DNA from: Fonticula alba ATCC 38817
Lineage: Eukaryota > Protista > Nucleariida
Assembly: GCA_000388065.2 (NCBI GenBank)
Contig: KB932204.1
Direction: 5' to 3' (one strand)
DNA: 44,032 bases
Of the stretch, positions 33,224-44,032 are shown one piece after another; the stretch's first letter is position 1; every line of letters starts with the position of its first letter. Made by a program: the position numbers and the translations under genes. The notes beneath the pieces were generated by a model. The model was given only the letters and a program-made list of their open reading frames with translations. It did no database searches and was not told the origin of the DNA.

Positions 33224-35787
33224 CTACCACGGGGAGTGTGTGGCCAAGGAGAGGTTATCCAGTGCGGTGCTGAGGGAGGAGGAAGAGCCGCTTGGAATGT
33301 CGTCGGAGGCGATGGTCCCGCCAAAGAGACTATTGTCAGATGCCGAGGCCCATGCCGATGCGCCGGGATCCACAAAGGCAGGAGCGCTGGTGCCAGTTGA
33401 CCAGGGATCCAAAAGAGCAGCGTCTGACCCGGGAGTAGCCGGGGCCGGAACGGTCGAATGCGTCCCGCCAAAGCCAAGAGGATCATAGGTGGGCATGCTT
33501 GATCCAAAAAGATCGCCCGAGGAGGGAAGCGCATCAAAGACCATCGGCGCATCGAGGCCGACAGGGGGAGCATAGCTAATCGGAACATCGAAGGCAGCCG
33601 GGGCATCATAGCTGGCCGGCAGGTCGTGAACAGGGTTCTCCCCGACAATTGGGCCAGTAGCAGCAGCAGCAGCAGCAACAGGAGCAGCAGCAGCAACGGC
33701 CGTCGGTGCCAGCCACGGGTTGAAGATGTCCTGGCTGGAGGAGGGCTCCGGCTCAGGCGCCGGGGCCGGGGTGGGCAGGGCCCAGGGGGAAATATCCACC
33801 GGAAGAGGGAGAGAATCGGCCGGCACAGCTTCGGGGACCAGGACAGATTCCGGCAATGGGAGCGGCTCCGGCTCGGGAGGCGGCACAAGAGAAGCGGGCA
33901 GTGGCTCAAGCTCGGGAGCTGGCTTGGACCACGGGTCGTCGATGTGCAGAGACTGGGCCTTCGCCTCGGCATGGGCGGCCTGCTGGCGGTCGAGAGCCAG
34001 CAAATCCGGACACACGGTGGCCGTCTCCCAGGGGTTGCTTTGGACGGGTACCGGCGGCGAGTCGTCCAGAGTGTCGGGCAAGTTGAAGATCGGATTGACC
34101 GAGGGCTTGGATTCGAGACCCGCGCTTGGTGCCGGGGCGGAGGTGGCAGCATGCATCGGGGCCGCAGCTGGAGCCGTGGCCACCGTCGGAGTCTGCACCG
34201 GAGCTGGAGCCGGAGCCGGAGCCGGGGCCGGGGCCGAGGTGGGCACATAAGGCGTCGGAGTCGGGGCCAGGGTAGCGGGGACGGTTCGGCGCGGGGGAAT
34301 GGTCGGAGGGGAGGCCGGCGGAGAGGCAGCTGTTGCGCCACTGCCCGGGCTCGATGCAGGCTCGATGATGATTCGTCCGGCCGACAGCGGAAGGCGGATA
34401 GTGGCCGAGGGGATCTCATCGGCGGAGGCAGAAACGGCCGTTGTAGGGAGCATATGAGAGGTGACTGGGGTCCCTGGGCTGGTGCTTGGGGCCGTTGAGG
34501 AGTATGGCCGCGGGGCGACGGGCCGAGGGCGAGCCGGTGGCCGGGCAGCAGGGCGCTAAGGGGGAGAAAGGATGTCAGAATGGTGCGAGCGCCATGGTGG
34601 CCCGGTGAGAAGCAGGCAAGACATACTTCCTCCTGGGCGGGCGGCCCGGGAGTGGGCGCCTCTGCGGGGATGACCGTCCGCGAGGCGGAGCGCCGGGTCG
34701 ACACGGGAGCCGGCTGCGAATTGAAGATGAAGTCGTCCTCATCCGAGTCGCCCCGGAACATGCTGTTGATGGTGGTTCGACGAATGCGGACACCAGCGGT
34801 GCCCGGGGCCGGGGTGGCCGCCGCGGCCGGGGTGACAGCTGGTCGAGCCAGCGCAGCGGCCGCCTCATTGGCAGACACCTGGGCCGCGGCCGAGACAGCA
34901 GCAGCCGCGGCCGGGGTCACTTGCTGCTCGGCCGGGCGACCGGCGGCAGCGCCAGTGGGCGAGGCCACCCCGTCGGCCGGCGCCCGCAGGGCCGCCCCGA
35001 TGTCAGTGGGCGACGCGGCGGCCGATGACCGCGTGGAGACTATCACACGAGGACGGCCGAGCAGGAGGGAAGGAGGACGGGGGAATAGTCAGCCAGGAGA
35101 AGGTGGGCGGAAGGCAGGGGAATGGCCAAGTGGAGCGCACAAATATCGCAATCGTCATCAAACGAGGTGCTGACACTGGGAGCCAGAGAGGGAGCCGTGC
35201 GCTTGTTTCCGGAGTATGCTGCCACGGCGTTGGACCGCTCCATCGGGGTAATTTCCCTGTTCGCGCGAGGAGATGAGCAGGTCAGACAAGAGCACGCCCC
35301 GGCACGGGGAGGCGCATGGTGGGGGACAGACATGTCCCGGGAGACGGCTCGTACTTGTCATCTAGGCTGGCCAAGTTTGGCAAGTGGGCAATCAGGTAGT
35401 ACCGGTAGCCGGACACTTGGGTGACGGGGCAGCCCTCGAGGCTGAGGAAGCGCAGGGACTTGCTCAGCTCCAGCAAGCCACGCAGGGCCTTGAAGTTGGT
35501 GATCTGGTTGGAAGACAGATCAAGCCGCACGAGGCTGGTCAACGCTTTAAGCGAGCCAACCTCGGTGATTTGCTTTCCAGCGAGGTTCAGGGTACGCTCG
35601 GTACGGGGATCGATGACCTGTGAGAGGGGAGCCAGGGGTCAGGATCATCAAGGTGCAGGAGAGGGAGAGAGAGAGAGAGAGAGCGCGAAGAGAGGGAGAG
35701 GATGCGGCGAGAGGCCGGTGAGGAGACGGCCGGAGGGGATCGTACCCGGCCCACCTTGGCGCTGATCTTGTCCACGGTGATGCGCAT
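33224..35787 (-). CDS. N-terminal SDS22/U2A'-type LRR + LRRcap protein with a long Pro/Ala-rich disordered tail carrying xPW motifs; function unknown
   Basis: Exons MRITVDKISAK.. | VIDPRTERTLNLAGKQITEVGSLKALTSLVRLDLSSNQITNF...LRFLSLEGCPV...YRYYLIAHLPNLASLDD | EITPMERSNA (LxxLxLxxN repeats and the YRxxxIxxLPxLxxLD cap), then exons at about 35044-34629 and 34470-33224. Downstream junctions are less certain. Confidence 0.75.
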
Positions 35788-36747
35788 GGCTGAAAAAGGA
35801 AGGCAGAGGCGGAGGCGGAAGCGGACGCAGTTGACCTCCTGACGGAGTGGAAAGTGGGCGGCCGCCGCTCGGAGGGGAGGGGGGCGGACGGCGAGGGGGA
35901 GGGTGCGAGAGGCAAGGTGGGGGGGGGGGGCTGCGGGGAGGTCCGGGCGGAAGGAGGGGATCTGCCCTCCAGCCCTCGGCACTTCTTGGGCCCGAGGGGC
36001 AGAAAAAAGACCCCCCTTCTCTGGCGAGAGGATGGCGAGAAGGCCCATCCCCCCCCCCCCCCCCCCTGCACCGGGCGAAGGGGGAGGCGGGCCGGAGGCC
36101 CCCCCGCCGGCCGAGTGTCGGGCGGCGGCAGGCGGGGCGCGGGGGGGGGGGGGGGGCGGGGGGGGCGGCCCCCAACCTTCGCGGGGCCAAATCTCCCGGC
36201 CGCGGTCGCACGTGCGCGCCCCTGAAATGGCATGCGAGCTGATGGGGAAGCATTGGACCTCGGCCGGGCACCCGGCACCGGCTCGCGCCGGGCCACCAAG
36301 CTGGCCCGGCGTTGGCTGTTCGCGAGCCGGTACATTGGCTGATGTTTTCTTTTATCGGGCGACCCCGGACCAAGACGAGCAACGGCCCCCCCCCCCCCCC
36401 TGGGCCGTCCACGCTGCCTCCCGGCGGCGCTGCAGGGATGTCGCCCCCGTCCAGGCGCCGAGATCGGCCGGGTTCTGTTGTTGTTTGTTTCCGACCAGCG
36501 GCGACGGTCGGGCCCGATGGGATGTGAGCGATCTGGGCATCATCGTCCATGCACAAGCTCTCGCGGGGCCACGCGCGCGTGCAAGCGACGGGGAGGGGGT
36601 GGGGGGGGGGGGACTAATTTCGTGCGTCTTGGAAAGGCATATTTCTGGGCCGGCCGGACTGTTCGGGCCCTGGACGCCAGGCGCCACCCACAGTTTCACC
36701 TGTGCCCCTCCTCCCTGCTCCCCCCCCCCTCCCCCGACCCAAGTGGC

Positions 36748-37594
36748 ATGTCTTCTTCCTCCTCCTCCCCGCCCCCGAGCAAGCGCGCCAAGACGCTCCC
36801 GTCATGGGGCCCCGCTCCAGACCCGGCTCTGCTGGATCGCGTGTCCCCGCTCTTCCGGCAGATCAATGATCCGGAGCGGGACCCGCTCAATCCTCCTGAG
36901 GCAATGCCCGAGTCGGTGACCGAGCCCGGCGTGCTGGAGGCCCACACGCGACCCTTCCCGGCAGCTCGCCTCTTTAATCTCTTCGATCAGGCCATGCTGC
37001 AGCAAGTCCGCGTACGTTGGCCCCTCCGGTGACTACCCGCCCTCCCCTCGGCGAGCGGCCACTCGCCCTCCGGCCCGGGTGAATGGCGCGCCCCACTGCC
37101 TGCATGAGGGTGTGTGCACAGCCTCTGACCATTTTTCTCCCCCTCTCGATTCCGCTTGCCCGGTCGACCTCCGATCTCTCAGGATGAGATCAAACTCGAG
37201 GTGTTCAGCCAGAAGTCCAATGACCTGTACCACTTCCTGCAATCGTCCCTGGATCTGAAGTCCAGCAAGGTGCGCGCTCGCGCGCTAATTCCATGGATGG
37301 GGCTTCCGGCTCGGGTGTTTGTCGCTGACTCGCCAGCTATGGGGCGCCAATTCACCCTTAGCTTCCTGGTGTTTCCGCCATTCGGGATGTCGTCTATTCG
37401 GAGGAGTTCACCGGCATGATTAGCCGCCTGGTTGGTGTGCCGCTCGATAGCAAGCGCGTGGACATGTCAGCCCACCGCTACGCACAGACGGTGCGTCCCG
37501 GCCAATGGGGCTCCCTTTTTTCTTGGCCTGTCTGTACGCCACACCTGGTCCTGTTCCTGCCCCTCCTGACCGCCTGCTTGCCACCACCATCACC

Positions 37595-37626
<32 letters not shown>

Positions 37627-38983
37627 TGTTGTAGAACTACCTCCTTTGCCATGATGACGAGCTGGATAGCCGTCGAGTGGCGTACATCATCTATTTGGTG
37701 GACGAGGACTGGGATGCGGCCGATGGCGGTGCCCTGGACATGTTTGACATGTGCGCACGTCCCCCCTGCTTCGCGGTCTCATGGGAGCCTGCCCTCCCTG
37801 CCTGCGCGGGTGTTTCTTGTCACTAACGCCGGCGAGCAGGGATGATTCGCGGCAGCCGCGCGCGGTGGCTCGATCTTTCGTCCCGAAGTGGGGCTCATTT
37901 GCCCTGTTCGAGGTGACCCCCGACTCGCACCACCAAGTGGCCGAGGTCTTGACCGCCTCGAAGGAGCGGATCAGCATCAGTGGTTGGTTCCACTCATGTC
38001 GCGAGGCGAACCCGGTGCGCGCGCGGCCGACCCCGGTGTTGGAGAAGCCGGCTGTCTTCCCGCTGGCGGGAACGGCCTCCTCGAATGCCGAAGCCGCGGA
38101 AGACAGCCCGCTTGATGTGACAGAGTGGATTAGCCGGCCGTATCTGTCGGCTCGGATGGCGGAGAACATCCGGTCGGCCTTCCTCGGCCAGGGGTCCATC
38201 GAGCTGCGGCAATTCCTCACCCCGACGGCGCATGGCCGGGTGCTGGGTGCACTGGCTGCTCGCCGGCGCCGGCTGTGTGAGCCCGGGGCGGCCGACTGCC
38301 AAGTGGGGCCGGCCAACCGCCGGCACTTGCGCCTGCTGGGGTCGCTGGGCGAGGGGCCTGGCAGCGCGAAGGAGGCCGATGCCCTGGACGAGCTGATGCG
38401 TTTGCTGGCCGGGGCGGACTTTGCCCGGCTGGTTGGCATCCTCACCGGTCTGGCCGATGGATCCGGTGCCTCGGCCCTGGCCCACCGCACGGCCGTCTCG
38501 TCGTTGATGTTCTCGCACGGGGACTACACCCTGGTTCATGACCATGTCACCGAGCATGAGGGCCTGGATTTGGAGCTGTCCTTTGTCTTGCCGCCCCTCG
38601 GAGCCGCGGAGGCGGAGCCGGCACTGGACACCGCCTGGCCGGAGCTGGCCGCTGGCGATGATGACGACGATGAGAGCCAGAGTGAGGATGAAGATGGCCC
38701 GAAGCAGACGTCCGTTGGCGGGGAGCTAGTCTACCTGACCGCCGACGACACACTGCTCTCCTCGGACCCGGCGCCGAACAATCTGCTGCTGGTTCTGCGC
38801 ACCGAGGGGGTGATGCGCTTCACGCGGTATCTGAGCGTGTTGACGGCCCGCGATCCGAGCACAGCCGGGACCTGCCCGAAGCTGGTGTCGCGCCCGGTGC
38901 CGGATGGCTACTGCCATGTGCGTGTGGGGCTGACCTTCATCCCGGCGACCGAGGAGGCGGAGGAGGAGAGCCAGGAGAAATAG
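36748..38983 (+). CDS. OGFOD1: uS12 prolyl 3-hydroxylase OGFOD1/Tpa1 (2OG-Fe(II) oxygenase plus degenerate C-terminal domain)
   Basis: PFP...LFNLF, KSNDLYHFLQS, YLLCHDD..SRRVAYIIYLVDEDW...GGALDMF (HxD), FFEV-like FALFEVTPDSHHQVAEV...RISISGWFH (distal H, R); second domain FSHGDYTL..D, GGELVY, LVLR..GVMRF.RY. Confidence 0.92.
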
Positions 38984-39073
38984 AGGCCAACCCTGGGTTT
39001 GGGATGGGACCGATCGGCAATGTCACCGGACGCGAGAGGTCTCCCTTCCTCCCCCCGGCCGCCCCCCCCCCCC

Positions 39074-39448
39074 NNNNNNNNNNNNNNNNNNNNNNNNNNN
39101 NNNNNNNNNNNNNNNNNNNNNNNNNNNNNNNNNNNNNNNNNNNNNNNNNNNNNNNNNNNNNNNNNNNNNNNNNNNNNNNNNNNNNNNNNNNNNNNNNNNN
39201 NNNNNNNNNNNNNNNNNNNNNNNNNNNNNNNNNNNNNNNNNNNNNNNNNNNNNNNNNNNNNNNNNNNNNNNNNNNNNNNNNNNNNNNNNNNNNNNNNNNN
39301 NNNNNNNNNNNNNNNNNNNNNNNNNNNNNNNNNNNNNNNNNNNNNNNNNNNNNNNNNNNNNNNNNNNNNNNNNNNNNNNNNNNNNNNNNNNNNNNNNNNN
39401 NNNNNNNNNNNNNNNNNNNNNNNNNNNNNNNNNNNNNNNNNNNNNNNN
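39074..39448. other. Assembly gap (N run)
   Basis: N characters flanked by poly-C/G. Confidence 0.99.
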
Positions 39449-39604
39449 GGGAAGGGGGAAGGGGGGGATTATGCCCACTCAATGGGCTGGCGGAAGATGG
39501 CAAGAGCCTCGGCCGGGGGGGGGGGGGCGGGGGGGGGGGGGAAGGGGGAAGGGGGGGATTATGCCCACTCAATGGGCTGGCGGAAGATGGCAAGAGCCTC
39601 GGCC
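39449..39604. repeat. 66-bp duplication of the CPOX stop-codon region (39449-39514 and 39539-39604) beside an N-gap; likely artefact
   Basis: Identical ..GGATTATGCCCACTCAATGGGCTGGCGGAAGATGGCAAGAGCCTCGGCC copies 90 bp apart, joined by poly-G. Confidence 0.85.
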
Positions 39605-41087
39605 TCCGGGGTGCCGGGCTCCGGCTCCGGAGGGCAGTACTCCCACCGGGCGGTCAGCGGCAGGGAAGCCAACACCGACTCAATGCGAGCGCCGGGGGTG
39701 GCGAGGCCGAACTTGGTGCCACGATCATGGACGAGGTTGAACTCGACGTAGCGCGCGCGGCGGAGCTGCTGCCAGCGCCGGTGCCGGGCCGAGGAGGCCT
39801 GCTCGCGGCGGGCGTCCACCAGCGGCAGGTACGAGGGAACAAAGGTCTGAGCCAGGGCCTGGACCATGGCGAAGGCGCCCGGCAGGTCCGGGAGCTGATC
39901 CATATCATCGAAGAAGATGCCACCGATGCCACGGCGCTCGTGCGTCACCGAGGGCCCGGTCTCGGGCATGCGGGAGTTGTGAGGCATCGGGTCGAGGGTG
40001 GCACCGCAGCGCAGGGGGGCACTGGCGGCCGCGGCCGCGGCCTCCGGGGTGCGCGTCACCCGGTGGACATTGACGAAGTAGTCATCGCAAGTGCGCTTCA
40101 TGGTGGGGTAGAGGTCGGCATCGAATTGGTCCAGCACCGACTTGTAGGCCCCGTGGAAGTGCCGGCCATCCTCCGCGTACACGTAGTTCGGGGTGAGGTC
40201 GGCACCGCCACCGAACCAGGAGGCCACCGGGTTGAGACCGGCGATGCAGGTGCTGCCGGCGGTCTCGGTGTGATACACCTCGAAGAAGCGGTAGTTCAGG
40301 TGCGCCGTCGGGGCGTGGGGGTTGTGCGGGTAGATCGGAAGAGCACACGTCGGCCATCCTCCGCGTACACGTAGTTCGGGGTGAGGTCGGCACCGCCACC
40401 GAACCAGGAGGCCACCGGGTTGAGACCGGCGATGCAGGTGCTGCCGGCGGTCTCGGTGTGATACACCTCGAAGAAGCGGTAGTTCAGGTGCGCCGTCGGG
40501 GCGTGGGGGTTGTGCGGGTGAATGACCAGACTCAAGCCGGCGGCGAAGAAGAGAGCCGGCCGATCCGGGGACACGGGGCGCCCGCGAGCGCTCATCTGCT
40601 CCAGGGCCGACTTGGTGAGTTGGCCATGGACGACGCTCACCAGGACCGCGGCCTTCTCGAAAACCCGACCACGAGAGAGGACACAAGACCAACCGGCGCC
40701 GCCCTCCGGCCGGAGCCAGGTGTCCTGGAAGAAGGTGGCGGCGTCAGACCCGGCGGCCGGCATGTCGGACGTCAGCATGACCGCCGTGACGGGGTCCTCG
40801 CGGGCGAAATCCGCGCTCGGGGAAATCAGAGCGTCGAGGGGATTGGCCGGGGCGCCGTCGGTCGTGGCCTGCTGCCGGGTCTTCAGCTTGGACAGCTCCT
40901 CCATGTGGGCCTTGGCTTCGAGCTGCTCGACGGCCGCGATGATCTCGCGCTGGGTGCGCCGGACGAGGGCGGTCATGCGCACGCGCATCGGCTGTGTCAC
41001 ATCCTCGATGAGGGTGGTGCAGTCGGAGTCCGAGTCAAAGAGCTGCACCTGCTCTGGGCTGAAGACGGGGCTGGCAGAGGGAGCCAT
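39559..41087 (-). CDS. CPOX: Oxygen-dependent coproporphyrinogen III oxidase (HemF/Hem13/CPOX), interrupted in this assembly by an adapter-linked duplication
   Basis: FEKAAVLVSVVHG, FFAAGLSLVIHPHNPHAPTAHLNYRFFE, WFGGGADLTP, ERRGIGGIFFDD, QQLRRARYVEFNLVHDRGTKFGL.TPGARIESVLASLP.TARWEY; TAA 39559-39561. The ATG at 41087 lies next to a gap, so the true start could be further upstream. Confidence 0.94.
40164..40519. repeat. 168-bp exact tandem duplication (40164-40331 and 40352-40519) separated by adapter; artefact
   Basis: Both copies begin GGCCATCCTCCGCGTACACG and end GGGTTGTGCGGGT. Confidence 0.92.
40332..40351 (+). other. Illumina TruSeq adapter read-through sequence (assembly contaminant)
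   Basis: Exact AGATCGGAAGAGCACACGTC between two identical 168-bp copies of CPOX sequence. Confidence 0.95.
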
Positions 41088-41122
41088 GGCGGTTGGGAGA
41101 GGAGGGGCGCGGGGGGGGGGGG

Positions 41123-41362
41123 NNNNNNNNNNNNNNNNNNNNNNNNNNNNNNNNNNNNNNNNNNNNNNNNNNNNNNNNNNNNNNNNNNNNNNNNNNNNNN
41201 NNNNNNNNNNNNNNNNNNNNNNNNNNNNNNNNNNNNNNNNNNNNNNNNNNNNNNNNNNNNNNNNNNNNNNNNNNNNNNNNNNNNNNNNNNNNNNNNNNNN
41301 NNNNNNNNNNNNNNNNNNNNNNNNNNNNNNNNNNNNNNNNNNNNNNNNNNNNNNNNNNNNNN
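41123..41362. other. Assembly gap (N run)
   Basis: N characters flanked by poly-G/C. Confidence 0.99.
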
Positions 41363-42326
41363 CCCCCGGTGTGCTGCCAAGGGCAGACGCGTTATGCTTC
41401 ACTAATGGCTCATTCGGGGCGCCTTGACGGAGACCCGTGTGTTGGGCTCCCGGGGGTCAGCCGTTTGGGTGGGACGACCCAGCCACCAACGTGACAGATG
41501 ATCCGTCAGCTGGCTCGAAGGTGTAGCCGGGAGGGAGCAGGGGTGCACACACACACACACACACACATGAACGGAAGGTGTCGCCGGGCGGACCGGGTAC
41601 ACCCACACACACACTCGGATGCAGGGCTGCTCGCGGGTCGAACGTTGTGGTCCCCTTTTGTGGTTGCTGGCGGGGGGGCGAGGGCGCGCAGGAAGCATGG
41701 ACTCACGTTGGTGTGAGCGGGCACCGGCCGGCGGACGGAATGGAGAAGAGCCGCAGGAGCCGCTATCTGCCACGGCCTCAGGCTGGCCCGTCACCACCTC
41801 TTTCACCGGTGGTCCATCATCTGCACGGGCATCGGCGCCTGCCAGCCATATGATGCTGCGGTTAGGCAGGATGTTGACCTTGCGGAAGGCGGCCGAGCCA
41901 ATCCAAAACGTTGAGCCCAGGAGGACAGAAGGCCAGATGGCATGCCGGCCGACGCCCGGGCCGGCCACCCCAGGGGGCGGGCGCGGGGCAAACACCCAGA
42001 AGCCCACGAACCGGAATACACCGCGCAGCATATGATTGCCCCCCCCCCCCCCCCGCGCGCGCGAGCTGCGGCTCGGGTCAATGGCGGTGCAGACTCCCGA
42101 CCCCGCCCCCGACCTGTGTCTCGCCATGGAACTCGGGAAACTCCCTCGCAGCGTCCGAGGCCGAAGGTGGGGCCAAGGTAAGCCACCGGGGGCCACCCGT
42201 CGGCCCAACGCGATGGAGGCGGCCACACGCGCCAGGGGCTGAGCGGTCTCTTCCAGCCTGGCCCCCCCCCCCTCCCGGTCAGGGCGTGTGGACCCGCACG
42301 CGCGAGCACTGCTGGCAGTAGTAAGG

Positions 42327-42357
<31 letters not shown>

Positions 42358-43389
42358 AGGAGTGGGCGTGGGGGGAGCTCGTGGGGGGGGGGGGGGGGGG
42401 GGGGGACGCGGCTTCCCACCGGGCCAAATGGCGGAGCGAAGGTCAGCAGCCCCATCTACCGGGATACCAAGCGGGGCGTGCGTCTTTTTGGTCCCGTCCT
42501 GGCCGGGTGGGGAAGGAGAGGGGGCGCACCGAGCCCAGCGGGGCGGCTGACTGTGGGTCGTTGGGAGGTGGACCTCGAGGTCCCGTGCCGACGGAGGGCA
42601 CGTGCAATAACAAAACTACATTAGATGTGTCATGATCCAGCAGAATAGTATTCACCCATGCGCTCGCCCCTCGCATTATCTCCTTGAGCTAGCGCGACCC
42701 CCCAGCCAGGGGCATGCCTTGCTGGGAATCCCCAGCGCACCCGTCGGAATAGAAGCACCCCGGGAAAAAAAAAAAAAAAAAAAAGGGGGAGGATAGGGGG
42801 GTTGGTCGAGTGACCGACTGTTGCTTGGCCCGGTGGGATCCGGCCCAGGGGGCGGGGGCGCGGTTGTGTATATGCATTTGCTTGAGTGGGGACCCGGACT
42901 TTCCGGGTGCCAACTCTCGGCGGTCTTGCCTTGTGACCGGTCTCCCGCACCCTCCGGCCAGCGCGTCACTCCCGGGTCGACGCGCGCGCGCGCGCGGGCG
43001 TGCCTGCGTGCGCGTGTCCGTGTGTCCGTGTGTGTATGCTCGGGGAATGACCGATCCACGTAAGGGATGCACAGCCTTTGACAATGCCCATCCCCAACTG
43101 AGGACTGTGGGGCCTCGGGGGTGGGGCCCTTTCCCTGGCTCCATCCTTCTGGGTGATGATGGTCTTGTTCGGGTTGAGATTTCGTGTGGCCCACCCCGTC
43201 CGTCGGGGGCCGGCATTCCAAAGATCCATGCCGTGAGCTCCGCCGTAACAAACAAATCGGAGACGCGTGCGGCGGAGAAGAGCCCGGCGGCGGGGCTGGG
43301 CAAGAGACCGATCGATCAGGCCATGTGTCTTTTGGGAGAGCCACTCGAGCGTTGTCAGTGCCGGCCACAGCCGCGGCTCTCGCACCCGC

Positions 43390-43390
<1 letters not shown>

Positions 43391-43452
<62 letters not shown>
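43391..43452. repeat. (TG)n microsatellite followed by TGCGTGGG units
   Basis: Read directly. Confidence 0.92.
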
Positions 43453-43456
<4 letters not shown>

Positions 43457-43481
43457 GGTGTGCGTGGGTGTGCGTGTACTG

Positions 43482-43521
43482 NNNNNNNNNNNNNNNNNNN
43501 NNNNNNNNNNNNNNNNNNNNN
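43482..43521. other. Assembly gap (N run)
   Basis: N characters between the TG repeat and poly-G. Confidence 0.99.
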
Positions 43522-44032
43522 GGGGGGGCAAGAGGCAGTGCAGGAGTGGATGGATGGATGGAGGAGGCAGCGGGAGAGGGAGAGAGAGAGAGAGAGAGAG
43601 GAAGGAAGGGGGATGGGGCTCCAGTGTAGGCCGACAAAGGTGGTGGGAAGATCTGTCCTGGCCCGGGTCAGGGCGCTGTGGGCTGGGGGGGCCTCTTGAA
43701 GGGGCGATCGCCCACGGGGGCGCGCGCTCTCGCGCGGAGGGGCGTCCGGCGACACCATCGTATTGAGCCCGGCCGTGTGCGTGAGCGTCTGCATGAGTAA
43801 GGGCTACCACCGGATGAGCCGACGGATTCAGGGGGTCTGTCTGTGGGAACAGGCTGAGCGCTCATGCCTCCGGCCCGCCGGCCTGCCCCCCCCCCCCCCC
43901 CCCCCGCGGGGTGCCAAGGGGTGGGATGCCGGCCCGGCGATCTGGAAGCCGGAGATTTTGGGGCCGATCCCCCGGTGTGCTGCCAAGGGCAGACGCGTTA
44001 TGCTTCACTAATGGCTCATTCGGGGCGCCTTG

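Larger units (their letters stand above)
41363..44032. repeat. Direct repeat of at least 64 bp at 41363-41426 and 43969-44032 (window end)
   Basis: CCCCCGGTGTGCTGCCAAGGGCAGACGCGTTATGCTTCACTAATGGCTCATTCGGGGCGCCTTG occurs identically twice, 2606 bp apart. Confidence 0.9.

Noticed and set aside
5173-38983. Apparent cluster of RNA-processing/translation genes (Rpp21, PWP2, tRNA, eIF3h, OGFOD1)
   Set aside because: Mixed orientations and interspersed unrelated genes; such housekeeping genes are common enough for chance co-location.
1-44032. CRISPR arrays, rRNA, transposase/RT/integrase genes, prokaryotic operons
   Set aside because: None seen; repeats are microsatellites, homopolymers or assembly duplications.

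Overview
GC-rich, intron-containing eukaryotic genomic DNA from a draft assembly, with four N-gaps, long G/C homopolymers, many (TG)/(CT) microsatellites and one embedded Illumina adapter. The style, together with a WRKY gene in an opisthokont-like housekeeping context, suggests a fonticulid/nucleariid amoeba such as Fonticula alba (inference only). Eleven protein-coding genes and one tRNA are supported, in order: small acidic disordered protein (+), inositol monophosphatase (-), RNase P subunit Rpp21/Rpr2 (+), SMPD4-like protein (-), Sec1/Munc18 (+), a two-domain WRKY transcription factor with a very long low-complexity tail (-), PWP2 (+), tRNA-Ser(UGA) (-), eIF3h (+), an LRR protein with an epsin-like xPW-motif tail (-), OGFOD1/Tpa1 (+) and coproporphyrinogen III oxidase (-). 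Most ORFs in the supplied track are spurious GC-rich shadow frames. Exon joins were assembled by eye from GT..AG sites and frame continuity. The most interesting items are the non-plant double WRKY, the LRR+DPW/NPW putative endocytic adaptor, the prothymosin-like acidic protein, and a 2.6-kb gene-poor block bounded by a direct repeat at the window end.
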